DNA of 64,000 nucleotides. Source: the human T2T-CHM13v2.0 reference genome, Homo sapiens. The stretch lies in assembly GCF_009914755.1 (NCBI RefSeq), contig NC_060933.1, one strand, 5' to 3'. How positions within the stretch are numbered: the stretch's first letter is position 1; each line of letters opens with the position of its first letter. The notes beneath the pieces are model-generated. The model did not search any database and had not been told where the DNA came from. It was given only the letters and a program-made list of their open reading frames with translations. Positions 48,332-64,000 of this stretch are shown here, one piece after another. The translations under genes were made by a program, and so were the position numbers.

Positions 48332-48786
48332 TCTATTATTATCTGCATTTTACAGCTAAGGAAACTAGGTCACAGGTTAAGCAACTTGCCCATGGTCACT
48401 TAGTAAATAATAGAGCTAGAAATCAAACTGAGGCTGGCTGGCTCCCACTGACACCCTTAACTATAAATGGAAAATACTTATAATGGTAAGAAGAAAAGAA
48501 AAAATAAAAATTATAGCTGTGACACTCTGTGTAACAGAACATTGACTGGCACTTTTCCTATTTGCCCCAGAGCTGTAGCTAAGGCCCATGAGACCTGGAG
48601 CCAAAGGCTTAGGGAAGGACCACAGAACAGCAGGGGTCAGAGTGGGCCTTGTTGGAGCCAATGTGCAGCCTGACTTTTCTCCTAGGCAAATGAGGTGCTC
48701 TAAAGGGCCCCAACTGATTTCTCACTTTATTAGTCAGCACCTAGCACAGTGTCAAATACACAGAAATGGCTCAAGAATTGTCTGTG

Positions 48787-49263
<477 letters not shown>

Positions 49264-49909
49264 CTATACACTACAGTCGTTAATGTGGCCGCTATGTGTT
49301 GCACATACTAGGAGGTCAGTGAACACATACTGAAGGAAAGGACACACATGCACCAAATTTAACCCTTCTGCTAGAAAAGCATTTAAGAAAACAGAAGCTT
49401 TGGGAGTGAGAAAAGAAGGTATAATGATATGATACATAGGGGCTCAGCAAAATAACTTCATCTCCCAGATTCCAATAAAACACAGACACCTTTCCCCTTT
49501 CTGGTTTCATTGAAACAGCAATGCTGACATGGACTATTTCTAATCCTGCTGGAGGCTGGCCTCCTATCAGATGTGGCTAAATGCAAGGTTTGGCATCTTC
49601 TGCAGACAACTGTAGGATTACTGGGGCCACTGTTCACAAAGTCGGCCCAGCAAAGGACACTAACAGACAAGCCACAGAAAGGAATACAAATGACTAAAAA
49701 ATATGAAATACTGCATATGCAACTTGAGTAATTAAAGCATTGCAAGTTGAGATAAGGAGTTGCCATTTTTTTAACCTATTGATTTGGCAAAAATTTTTAC
49801 AAACTGGTAATACTTGTTATGGTCTCTCACTGTTGATAGAAATATAAAGTGATACAACCTTTCCAGAAAGCCTTAAAAGTGTTTATACTCTTTGACCCAT
49901 TATTTCCAC

Positions 49910-50547
<638 letters not shown>

Positions 50548-50730
50548 GAATCTATCCAAAGGAAATAAATAATCAGATGTAAATATGTATGTACAAAAAT
50601 GTTCACCAGAGTGTTATATAATTATAAAAATTAGAAAAATCTAAACAGTTAACAAAGGATTAGTTGAGTACTTTGTGCTGTATGATGTTTCTATGTAGAA
50701 ACACTATACATCTATAAAAAATGATACTCA

Positions 50731-53064
50731 CCTGCCTAGCACTGCCTGCCCAACACTGCCCACCCAGTGCCTGTCCCCAGACTATGGCCCAGCCCCCTTT
50801 GCCCTTGTCCATCAAAGGTGCCGCCAGCATGTCTGACAAACTGCCCTACAAAGTTGCTGACATCGGCCTGGCCACCTGGGGACACAAGGCCCTAGACATT
50901 GTGGAGAATGGATGCCGGGTTTGATGGGCATGCAGGAGCTTTACTCGGCCTCCAGGCCACTGAAGGGTGCCTGCATTGCTGACTGCCTGCAAATAACTGT
51001 GGAGACGGCCATCCTCATTGAGACCCTTTTCTCCCTGGGTGTTCAGGAGCAGTGGTCTAGCTGCAGCATCTTCTCCACCCAGGAACATGCAGTGGCTGTC
51101 TGCCGAGGCTGGCATGCCAGTGTTCACCTGGAAGGGCAAAATGAAAGAGGGGTACCCGTGGTGCATTGAACAGACACTGTACTTCAAGGACGGGCCCCTC
51201 AACATGATTCTGGATGATGGGGGTGACCTTACCAACCTCATCCACACCAAGTACGTACCCACAGCTCATGTCGGGCATCTGAGGCATCTCTGAGGAGACC
51301 AAAACCGGGGTCCACAACCTACACAAGATGATGGCCAGTGCAATCCTGAAGGTGCCTACCATCAACGTCAATGACTCCGTCACCAAGAGCAAAATTTGAC
51401 AACCTCTATGGCTGCCAGGAGTCCCTTATAGATGACACCAAGTGGACCAAGACGTGATGATTGCCAGCAAGGTAGCAGTGGTAGCAGGCTATGGTGATGT
51501 GGGCAAGGGCTGTGCCCAGGCCTTGCAGGGTTTTGGGGCCTGCGTAATCATCACCGAGACTGACCCCATCAGTGCACTGCAGGCTGCCATGGAAGGCTAT
51601 GAGGTGACCACCATGGACGAGGCCTGTCAGGAGGGCAACATCTTTGTCACCACCACAACCTGTGTCAATATCATCCTTGGCCGGCACTTTGAGCAGATGA
51701 AGGATGATGCCATCTTATGTAATACTGAACAATTTGACGTGGAGATCGATGTCAGGTGCCTCAACAACAATGCTGTGGAGAAGGCAAACATCAAGCCCAG
51801 GCGGACTGGTACTGGCTGAAGAATGGGTGCCACATCATCGTGCTGGCTGAGGGTTGGCTGGTCAACCTGGGCTGTGCTATGGGCCGCCCCAGCTTTGTGG
51901 GGAGTAACTCCTTCAACCAGGTGATGGTGCAGATTGCGCTGTGGACCCACCCAGACAAGTACCCCATTGGGGTTCACTTCCTGCCCAAGAGGCTGGATGA
52001 GGCAGTGGCTGAGGCGCCCCCCTGGGCAAGCTGAACGTGAAATTGACCAAGCTAACTGAGAAGCAAGCCCAGTAGCTGAGCACGTCCCGTGATGGCCCCT
52101 TCAAGCCAGATCACTACTGCTGCTGAGAGTCAGGCCTGCCCTTCACTTTCCAGCTGCTGTCCTTGCTCAGGCCCCGCCTCTTCTCCCTAAGAGCAAATGG
52201 CACCAACTTTGTGATTGGTTGGTTAGTGTCCCCCATCGATGGGGCTGGTCACTCAGTTTTTGGCCTCTGCTGCATCCCTAACACTATATCAAGTGTGGCG
52301 GGGAAATTGAGAGGCCCCTCCTCAAGCCCTGGTCATGATGGAGGTACAAGGGAGGCATCCACAAGGAACCATGAGTTGAGTGGTCTTGGAACTGCTCACT
52401 AAGTCAGTCCTTCCTTTTTTTTTTTTTTTTTTTTGGTATTTTTGGTAGAGACGGGGTTTCACCATGTGGGCCAGGATGGTCTCGATCTCTTGCCCTCATG
52501 CCTCGGCCTCCCAAAGTGCTGGGATTACAGGCATGAGCCACTGGCGCCCAGTCAGTCCTTCCTTAGTTTGGAAGTTGGTAGTGGAGTCACAAAGCCCATG
52601 TACCTTACCATTCAGGTAAGGTTCCTGGTCTGTGGACTTATACCGTGTTCCTGGTCTGTGGACTTATACCCGTGGTTTACAGGTTCAGTGGTTCCCCAGC
52701 CCATGACAGATGAGAAGGAGCTATATTGAAAGGCAAAGAGGAACTGTTGTTTGAATTTTCCTGAGAGCCTGGCTTAGGGCTGGGCCTTCTCTTAAACCTC
52801 ATAACAATGAGGATGGTACTTTTAGTCCCTGTTTTACAGGGGTCAGAATAGACTGTAAAGGGATAACTGAGAAAGGACAGAGAAGTGACAGCCAGAGGGG
52901 CTATAAAAACATAAAAGCAAGCATAGATCTGCTACTACTTTGTAACAAGATGGTTCCTATCACAACCCTGGTTCAAAAAGAGAATAATATGGTTTTAATG
53001 TTAAAAGAAAGCAGGAAGGTGGGTAAATAAAAATCTTGGTGCCTGAAAAAAAAAAAAAAAAAAA
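50731..53064 (+). pseudogene. AHCYP2: Processed pseudogene of AHCY (S-adenosylhomocysteine hydrolase), full-length mRNA copy; probably AHCYP2 (number from memory)
   Basis: Intronless; ATG 50829 ([15 protein letters not shown]), fragments [50 protein letters not shown] spread over all three frames (frameshifts, premature stops); ancestral stop TGA 52124-52126; AATAAA 53026-53031; poly(A) 53046-53064; TSD ATGATACTCA at 50721-50730 and 53066-53075. Confidence 0.93.
52417..52549 (-). mobile_element. Alu left monomer inserted in the pseudogene 3' UTR
   Basis: TSD agtcagtccttcctt at 52402-52416 and 52550-52564; long poly(T). Confidence 0.9.
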
Positions 53065-53073
53065 GATGATACT

Positions 53074-53387
<314 letters not shown>

Positions 53388-54244
53388 TTATGAAGGAAAT
53401 TCTTATAAAATTGTGGAAAAAATCATTAATATAACTATTTATGCCATGATTCCCAAATTGTGTAAATGATAATATGTGCAGAGAATAAAATACCAAAAGG
53501 AAATACACCAAAATGTTAACATTCTTTTTTTCTGAGTGACTGCATTATGGATATTTAACTTTTTTCTCCTTCATAGTTTTCTACATTTTCCAGTTTTTTT
53601 AATAGTGAGCACTTATTACTCTCAAAATCAATAACAATCAACAACAGAATTCATTTGAATCTGAAGATATGTCTCTGCCAACCACATCCCTGACCTGCCT
53701 TCATGGTATCTCAAGATGATGAGAGGAAGGAAGGCTCAAGTTGTAAACCTACATTAAATGCAAGGCACCATCCCCAAACAATGAAGCTAAATGTTGAAAT
53801 CCTGCTTCAAAGGCCCTCTGATGCTAAAATAAGCCCAGAAAAGCATTTGCTGCAGTTCTTGGAGATCTACTGAAGGACGTCATTCACAGTGGGCACCAAG
53901 TCAAACCCTCACTCGTCATCAGTGTTGGCTGCAATACAAAGAATTTGAACCATTTGGGGGAGGAATAGGGTTAGACCTTCACAAATAACTCTATCCCTTA
54001 GGTTGCTATCATTGTAATAAAGGGGATTACTGACAGGTGCACAGCACAGAGCTTTCCCAGGCATCATCTCATGTGAACTTGGCAACAACTCTGGAGGAAA
54101 GACGTTGATAGTAACAACAACAATAACAACAATGATGGAGACTTAACATTTACTGAATACTTATTATGTGTCAGGAATCAATTCTAAACACTTCACATAC
54201 ATTGTGCCTCTTAATTAAAAAGCAAACACAAAACAAAACAAAAA

Positions 54245-54505
54245 CAGGGACTTGCTCTGTCACCCAAGCTTAATTGCAGTGACATAATCATAGCTCACTG
54301 CAGCCTCAAACTCCTAGGCTTAAGTGATCCTCCTGCCTCAAACTCCCGAGTAGCTGGGACTACAGGTGCACATTACCTTTTAAAATTTTTTTGTAGAGTT
54401 GGGGTCTTGCTATGTTGCCCAGGCTGGTCTTCAACTCCTGGTCTCAAGCAATCTTCCCCTCAGCCTCCCAAAGTGTTGGGATTTCAGGCTTGAACCACTG
54501 TGCAT
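54245..54505 (-). mobile_element. AluJ-like inside a MIR
   Basis: Diverged antisense dimer. Confidence 0.8.
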
Positions 54506-55713
54506 TCCCCTTTTAATCTTTTTAGCCTTATCTGTGAAGTAGAAAGAGTGATTACCCCCACTTTGCAAGCCAGTATGTTGTCACTCAAAGTAGTCAAATG
54601 ACTTGTCCGAGATCGCCACGCTAACAAACGAAAGCATAGAACTTGTAGTCATTTGTTTAGACCTCAGGTCCAGATTTCCACAACTGCCTACTATAGTTCC
54701 TCAACTTTGAGTATTTTTTATTGCTGTCGTTATTAGAGGAGACAGTAGTTTAGCAGTAAAGAATGCCGGGTTCAAATCTGGTCTTTCTAGCTGTATAATC
54801 TTGGACAAGTCACTTTAGCTCTGTGTCTCAATTTCCTCCTCTGTAAAATGGGGATCATAAAATTTATCTCATAGGCCTCAAAGTCAAATGAATATAAAGC
54901 ATTGAGCCAAAGTCTGCCCCATAATGAACACTCAAAAGACCTTGGTACATGTCTGATTTTCCTATACCTTGCCTTCTCACATAGTCAGTCAAGGTCAGGA
55001 GGGTACAATGTCCTTGTGTTCAATGCCCAGAACTTCTAGATTTTCAGAAGAGTCATACTCTCTGATTTCCATGGCCTCAGCCCTTTTGAAGAGCCTCCTT
55101 TGCTGGAGTGTGTGCCTGTCAGAGGGTAGCTTCTAGGACTGAGAGAGTACTTGGCAGGAATGAGTACTTGACTCCTTCTGAGAAATCCTTAGGCCTTTAG
55201 GACTATGATGCCCTTTGTTGAACTATTTGAGGTAGGCATGTTGATTTCTTGCTGGCTTCTGGGGGCTCGATAATAAGGAAATCCACTTCTAGAAGAGCAA
55301 CTGTTTCCCTGAAAAGACCACAAAAATGGCAACTATCACAGCTGGAAGGGGACTTGGCATCAGTCCCTTCAAACATGTCCTTGTACAGATAATTAACCAA
55401 GAACCACAGAAGTAAAGCATCTTGATAAGATCCCACACTGTCAAGAGCCAGGGTCATATTCAAACCCTCTGACTCCCAGGCCACCATCAGACCCAAATCA
55501 GTCAGTACAAAGGAGGCAGCTAAGGGCCAGTGAGAGGCCTAGAGGCTACTGGCTGGACACCGATGGACCTTCCCACCTTCTGACTCTGGTTCAAGGCTCT
55601 CTTTATGTCCCCAGGCTCCCTCTCCAGGAATTTCCCTCCTAGAATCACAGAAATGGCACCCTGCTGCCAGCTTCTTATCAATGGCCATGGCAAGATTTTA
55701 AATAATGACAATA

Positions 55714-55940
55714 CTGAGGCGGGCGGATCATCTGAGGTCAGGAGTTCAAGACCAGCCTGGCCAACATGGTGAAACCCCGTCTCTACAAAAATTAGCCAGG
55801 CATGATGGCAGGTGCCTGTAATCCCAGCTACTCAGGAGGCTGAGGCAGAAGAATCATTTGAACCCAGGAGGCGGAGGTTGCAGTGAGCCGAGATCATGCC
55901 ATTGCACTCCAGCCTGGATGACAGAGCGAGACTCCGTCTC

Positions 55941-55970
<30 letters not shown>
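55714..55970 (+). mobile_element. 5'-truncated AluS with (TAA)n tail
   Basis: Starts ctgaggcgggcggatca; (taa)n at 55941-55968. Confidence 0.88.
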
Positions 55971-55973
<3 letters not shown>

Positions 55974-56549
55974 TAAAATGATAATAATCAGGATCTGCTC
56001 TCAGGCAGCAGTTGGGACCTTAGGAATTACAAAATCTTCCAAATTAGGTCACATTTGTGTAAAGGAATTAGAAACATCTTTCCCATTTCATCAGGCCCAG
56101 ATTAGAACAGCCTCTGCAGAGGGTCCTAGTAGATCAGTCCTCCTGTCAGGCCCATGGGTGTGATTTCCTTTCTCAAACAGCCACTGAACTTTTCTTATGA
56201 TTATGGAGTGTTTATTGGGTGTGTGCAATGTGTCAGGTGCAGTCTGGAATTTGGAACTGTCACATACTGGCAGCATGACCTCTTTAAGAGGCAGGAACTT
56301 GTTATCTCTGCCATCCGGTCCCATGTTGGGGAACTATCTATGAATCAGCCAAGATGGGTTCCCAGCCCTCCATCCATCTCCCTTCAAGGCAAAATGGTCT
56401 AATGGGAAAAGTCCATGATCTAGCATACCTGGCTGCTCTACTTCCAGCCTATGTTACTTAGAGCAAGAATCACCTATTTTAACCTTCAGTTTTGTCAGCT
56501 GTAAAATAAGCATACAATACCTGGTCTACCTATTGTGTTGCTAGGAGGA

Positions 56550-57490
56550 ATCATTCATTCATTCATTCAGCAGAAATGTGTTAAACACTGATATAGAGAT
56601 ACCCTAGTGTACAAGACAACAAAAAAGGTGCATACAATATAGTAAGATAATCAATTAACAAATAAATGGGTAAATAATCAAGATATTTACAGATTAAGCA
56701 AGTGCTACGAGGGAGATAAAAATGGTGCTGTGACACAGAATAATATCCTCTTAGAGTGATGAAGGAAAGCCTTGCTGAGATGTGACATTCAACCTGAAAG
56801 CAAAAGGAGACAACTCTACCAACACTGGAAGGAACAGCAAGTGCAAGACTTTGAAGTTGGAAAGAAACAGAAAGGAAACCAGAATGGGTGAAGCATATTA
56901 AGTGAAGGAGAGAGTGGTACAAGCTAGAGGGCAGGACTCTGTAGCCAGGGAAGAAGACTGGGCTTCATTCTAGGAGCAAAGAGAAGTCAGGGAGCGTTTT
57001 AAGCAGGGAGATGAGGGCAGATTATAGAGCAGCAGGGACAGAAGCACAGATAGCAGCCAGAAGGCTGAGTTGTCCAGGCGTGAGAAGATGGTGGCCTGGA
57101 CTGGCTTAGAGGCAGATTCAGAATCTGTTTTAGAAGTGGAATTGTCAAGACTTGCTGTTGGATTGGTGTGGGGTGAAGGAAAGACAGAAATAAAAAGTTA
57201 CTCCTAGATTTTGGAATCCACAGGATCACTCACTCACTCATGCATTCAACAAACATCAATTAAGCACATATACCTGCCTGTCTCTAGGCATGGTGTTGGG
57301 GATAAAGATGGAGATGAAGATCACAGCTTTGTCAGGGAAATGGACCAGAAAATAGGCAAATATAATGCATTTAAGTAAGTGCAGTAAATATTAAAGAACA
57401 TCGAACTCTGCTGAGGGGAAAGAATCAAAGAAAAGTCTTCCTAGGGGAGGGGAGTTTGAGCTAAGCCTTGAAGGAGCAACAGGAATAGCA
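56550..57490 (-). mobile_element. L2 fragments
   Basis: (cattc/attc)n tail at 56551-56570, gagatgtgacattcaacctga, cactcactcatgcattcaacaaacat. Confidence 0.7.
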
Positions 57491-58124
57491 GAAGGGCTCT
57501 GGGGTTATAGAACAGAGCTCTGAAATAATAACAATCGTAGTAGTAGTAGTAGTAGTAGCAGCTGATATTTGTTAAGGCCTCACAATGTGCTAGGTACTGT
57601 TGTAAGCATAAATGAATCATTTAATTCTCACATAAGAATCCTATAAAGTAGATCCTATTACCATCATCCCCACTTTACAGATGAGGAAGCAGAGGCACAG
57701 TTAACCTCAGTTACATAACTTGCCCCAGATCACACTCATAATGACAGAGCCAGGCTTTAATCGCATGCATTTTGGCGCTGGAAACTATGCTCCAAACACC
57801 GCAAGAAACTGCCTCACTGTGGGACGTCACTGCACATTTAGGGGCGGACAACAGGTGCAGGAGGTATAAGGTGTAGGAAGGTAGGAACTGATGGGAGGTC
57901 ACGTAAATGACATGAAAGTATTTTGCAAACTATAAAGTGCTGTCCCCAAGCAGATTATCATCACTACTATTATAATAAATAACTGCCTTTCCTCCCTGTG
58001 AAAAATGAAGGCTTCTCAGCAGTATCTCTGGGTTATTGGCCTTGGAAAAAAGTGGCTGCTTGGAGGGCCTGCCCAGACAGAGGGAATCTCGGGAAAGGAT
58101 GGGCTGACGTGAATCTGACCCTGA

Positions 58125-58566
<442 letters not shown>

Positions 58567-59318
58567 AAAGAGTGGGGATTCTAAGGCCTTTTTCAGCCTT
58601 CACATTTTGAACAATCGCTGCTACTGTTGGTGTTCCACTTCTCCGAGCTGGACAGTGACCGAAAAAGAATGTCACCTTGGGGCCCTTTACCAAAACAAAG
58701 GCTTGCTGGCAACCTCGGATGGCAGTGGCACCTTCCAGAAAGCAGGACCCATGCTGGATGGGAAGCCCATGGCTTATGTCCCCTGAGTCCACAGATCTCC
58801 AGTTCAGACGCTTCTCATCACTCCTGTCCCTGCCAGGACACTCACTGGTTTCAAGCTCCTTGAACCAGGCCCATTCCTGTCCCTTTTAATGTTCCAGTGG
58901 GAGTCTGAGTAATGACAGCATTCTGGATACCATCCTTTCCAGGATGTGGCCAGAAGACGCAGATGGAGTTTACATCCTAAGGGGTCCCGTTTTGATTTTT
59001 CTGTGAGCCAAAAACCCCAGGGCTTTCTCACATGCGCTGCTCCAGGCTCCATCTTTTGCCATTGAGGGTTTTGTATTCACTGTCCTGGAATTAAAAGTGT
59101 TCTCAAGGGATGCAGCATTGAGTCTTTCTCCTCATGTCTCAGGATCTTCATCATGAGAATACAATCATAAGCCTGCAAGAGATCCCCTTACATCAAAGTC
59201 ATTCAATCCAAACCCTTCTCGCTGACACAGAACTCCGTAAACTGTAAAGCACTGTTGTACATTATTAATTCACATATTATTCCTTCTGTACCTTATAAAA
59301 GTCCTAGTTTGGGCAGGG

Positions 59319-59415
59319 CTAGGATTACCAGATAAAATGCAAGATGTCCAGTTAAATTTAAAATTCAAATTTAACTAGGCATCTTGTGATTTGATCCATT
59401 AAATCTAGCAGCCCT
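59319..59415. mobile_element. MER53-like palindromic hAT MITE, internally deleted
   Basis: taggattaccagataaaat...ccagttaaattt / aaattcaaatttaact...aaatctagcagccct. Confidence 0.7.
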
Positions 59416-60480
59416 TGATGGGATCAACAGTCCCATTTTGCAGAACTGAAGCTCAAAGGGATGAAAGGATTTTACCCAAACTGCTTGAGAGCAGGGACTA
59501 TGTCTGACTTTTTAAAAATATTTTTTTCAAACATGAGAAGTATATTCCCTTAAAGCCAGTGTATCAGTCCATTTAGCAGTGATCTAAAAGATTTATGCTT
59601 TGTGAAAAGCCTATTCATCTATGAATAGAGAATCTATGCCCTGTGTCTGTGTAGGTGTATATGTTGCACAGAACATTAAAAAGTTAATAAATTCATTTTT
59701 AATCCCCAGTTCCCAAGTTGGGGTTAGCTCAGAGAAGATGCTTGAGAAATGTTTACTCAACTATTGGGCTTTCTGAATCTTTCATTCCTACAAGAACCCT
59801 ACAGAATGAAAAAGAAATTGCTGGCTCAGGACAAAGAATGGCCCCAGAATGCAGTGTCAGGCTTCCCTGATCTTCCTACATGGCTGTGCCAAAGATGAGT
59901 TGAGTTTCAGGAAAGTGCAGTGAAACTATCAGCAGTGAAACTATCACATCATGAAATAGTCATGGGCCTCACGAAAAGGCTTCTTGTCATTACACTTCCT
60001 TCCTGCTCCAGGTTTAAGACCACAGGGAGGCTTCCCTAAGGCTGCCAAATACAGCGAGGTCTTGGCATAAATGTTGCCCAAGGAGTCCTTACACCATCAA
60101 AGGCAGAGGCACAAAGTCCCTTTCCTGCCCTTTGGATGAGTAGACCTGTTGGGGGCGCTGGTGGGACAGCCCCCAGGTGGCTTCTAGACTTAGCTCATCT
60201 CCCTCCTGATGGACAGCTCAGGATCTGTCCACTGACAGATCACATACTTTTTTCAGCTGCCCAGCCAGAGCTGTGAATAAACACAGACTCTCCGAGAAGA
60301 CTTGAGCTGCCGATGACAGAGGTCAGGGGTCTTGGTTCCATTCCAGGCTGTCAGCTAAGAAAGAGGATCTGCTGAAGAATTGGAGCCTGGGCATGAGCTC
60401 TTGCCATGGATGGAACTTTTTTCATGTGTGAGGTTCACCAGTAGAATCCTAGAACGTTAGAGTTAGAAGAGATGGCCTTA

Positions 60481-60990
<510 letters not shown>

Positions 60991-61629
60991 TCACTAATCA
61001 GTGCACTGGCACTGTGGGTCATTGAGCTTTAACCCCAGAGCACCATTAACAGCTTAACCCAGTCTGTCACCCTCTCCTCCCTGGAGGCCCTGCAGTCCTC
61101 AGGATTAGAAATAAACTGCTCTCAGCCAAGCCCCTGAAATAGGAGATGAAATGGCCCACAGAGACCATCCAATTTAGTTCCCCCAGTGATGCCGAATCCC
61201 CACCCTCTGTGCTGGGAAGCAGTTCCAGTGACCAATGAGCTCAGTGAGCTTGCAGGTGTGTGGGCAGGCTGCACAGAAGCAGAGGGTGGCGAGTGGACCA
61301 CAGGGGGATGGATGGGCATGGAACTGGTGCAGTTAAGCATCGGCGTTCCCATTCTGTCTCCTGTCAGCTCTGTTCTCAAGTCCTTTTGCTATTACACTAA
61401 AGCCCATCTCTGTGAACTTCTGTCTACTGGGTCCAGCTCAGATCCCTGGAGCCCAGGCCACACCCCTTGTGAAGCTGCTAAATTAGGCGGGAACCCTGGT
61501 CTGCATGCAGGACTGGCTGCCTGGCTCTGTTCCCTGCCAAGCCAATATCTGTATACCACTTAGGAGAAAAACTCTAAAGCCAAATGAGGAAAAGCAAGGA
61601 CGGCTCTGCCTGTGATCCTTGGATGGATC

Positions 61630-62035
61630 CCCTGTATGTGCCAGCACTATTCTCAGCTCTTAGCAGAGAACAGAAAGGCTCTGTTGCTGTTCTCATGGAG
61701 TTTATGTTCTGGTTAGGGAGCCAGAGAGTATATGGGTACCTAAATAAATCAGATAATTTCAGAAAATGACAGTGCTAAGAAGAAAACACAGACTAATAAT
61801 GGGATAGAAAATGACTCCGGGGTGGCATGTCACTTTCACAAGCATGGTCAAGGAAGCCCTCTGGGAGAAGGTACACATTGAGCTGAGGCCTGAATGAGAA
61901 CGAGGAGGCAGGCTGGGGAAGACCAGGGAGAGAGAATGGTAAATGCAAAGTCTCATAGACAGACACAAGCTTCGTATGTGTTTGAGAGGGAGAAAAAAGC
62001 TGGAATGGGTAGAATATAGCAAATGAGAGAGAGAA
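61630..62035 (-). mobile_element. L2 fragment
   Basis: tatgtgccagcactattct...ctcatggagttta...tggtcaaggaagccctctg...gagctgaggcctgaatga. Confidence 0.7.
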
Positions 62036-62514
62036 AATCTGAAAGGAAGTTTTGGTCTGAGCCACAGTCTAGTGCGCTGAGCTGGGCTAAAGGTTAAATC
62101 ATGGTGATGATTCCGCTTCCAGAGAAACAGAGCCACAGCAAAGCAGAAATCACAGCATCATCATGGTGCTAACTGTGAAGGCCAGATGCCCACTGGGGCA
62201 ACTCCACTGTAACTGCAGCTCAGTCAGTTCTCCAATCCAACAGGAAACACCCATCCCAGGTTTGTTTCTAAGCCAGATGACCTCAGGGGGGCTTGTCTGC
62301 TGCTCCCCCAAAGCACAGTGTTCTTCTCAAGGAGCCCCCTGGGGCAGAGGCAACTAGAGAAGGAAGCCTACATCTTAAGAGTTTTTGTGAACTATAGAAG
62401 GCTAGACCATGAGCTTCACCTCCTTCACGGGCCTCCTTTTCTTGCTTTCAGGAACTGATCTTCTCTTCTCTTCTCTTCTCTCTCTTCTTTCCTTTTTTAA
62501 TAAAAACTCTCATG

Positions 62515-63222
<708 letters not shown>

Positions 63223-63849
63223 GGAATCAAATTCCTAAGCCAAATAAATGCATCTATAGTTGTGTAAATTAAGAAATCTGCCATCCAGGTGGGGAGGGGG
63301 TACCTGTTGCATCAGCAGGTTGATGGCGGGGCCCTGCCTGGTCGGTGTGGTTCTCCCTCTCCCAGGCCATGTCACCTTGTTCAAGTAGAACATTTATTCC
63401 TGCCCACCACAGGCATTTGACTCTCTGGAATTCATGGGAGGTTCTAGAGTGCGTCCGGCTCTGTGTCAACTACCACTGTGCAATTCCTGCAAAGGCAGTT
63501 GAGGCGGGGGTGGAGTAGCCCTGAATAAACTGACAGCCAGAGGACTGGGATATCAGCTGAGAACGTTCCCATGGAAAAGAAAAGTCCAGCCCCTTCCAGC
63601 AAATGCTGCCTGGCTCTGCAAAGAGTGCCTTGTCATCTCATTGGCATTGCTTCTGTATTTCTTTCCTATTTCAGACCAGAAGTGAGTGCATGGAGGATCT
63701 CTGTGAGCTGGTTTTCTCTATCTTCAGGATAATCCAACCTTTAGTAACAAAAGCAGAAAAATCTATTCCTATCCTTTGGCTCCCAAGTCCACATCTAAGT
63801 GATTCGTCCTAAGGATGTATTTCCAAAATTGTTTTTAAATCTTGTTTCA

Positions 63850-64000
63850 GGCCAGGAGCGGTAGCTCACGCCTGTAATCCCTGCACTTTGGGAGGCCGAG
63901 GTGGGTAGATCACCTGAGGTCAGGAGTTTGAGACCAGCCTGGCCAACATGGCAAAACCCTGTCTCTGCTAAAAATACAAAATTTAGCCACGTGTGGTGGC
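63850..64000 (+). mobile_element. AluS cut by the window edge
   Basis: ggccaggagcggtagctcacgcctgtaatcc... Confidence 0.9.

Noticed and set aside
51442-51819. 125-aa ORF with an intact Rossmann motif ([10 protein letters not shown]) as a functional retrogene
   Set aside because: Fragment between frameshifts in a copy with many disablements; catalytic domain not in frame.
57820-57910. CRE-like, GC-box and E-box motif cluster
   Set aside because: Short motifs without CpG island or other support; compatible with chance.

Overview
Human (primate) genomic DNA, Alu-rich. The only supportable protein-coding feature is the first coding exon of MEGF9 (minus strand, ATG at 44512, donor CAG|GTGAGT at 43918/43917), inside a CpG-island promoter. 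Positions 1-43917 are MEGF9 intron 1; no EGF-domain exon is visible, so exon 2 lies outside the window. About 6 kb upstream, on the + strand, is a full-length disabled processed pseudogene of AHCY (50731-53064) with UTRs, poly(A) and a target-site duplication (TSD). The rest is interspersed repeat (about 40 Alus, L1, L2, L3/CR1, MIR, MaLR/ERVL LTRs, MER DNA transposons) and microsatellites; most track ORFs are repeat or GC-rich artefacts. I see no convincing new biological system. Best leads: a dense uORF/triple-ATG arrangement at the MEGF9 start, two frame-preserving candidate cassette exons in intron 1, an Alu with a fold-back plus 25-nt templated insertion at its 5' junction, and two sites re-used by successive retrotranspositions. 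Repeat boundaries and subfamilies were assigned by eye and are approximate; gene names come from recognising the sequence, not from a search.
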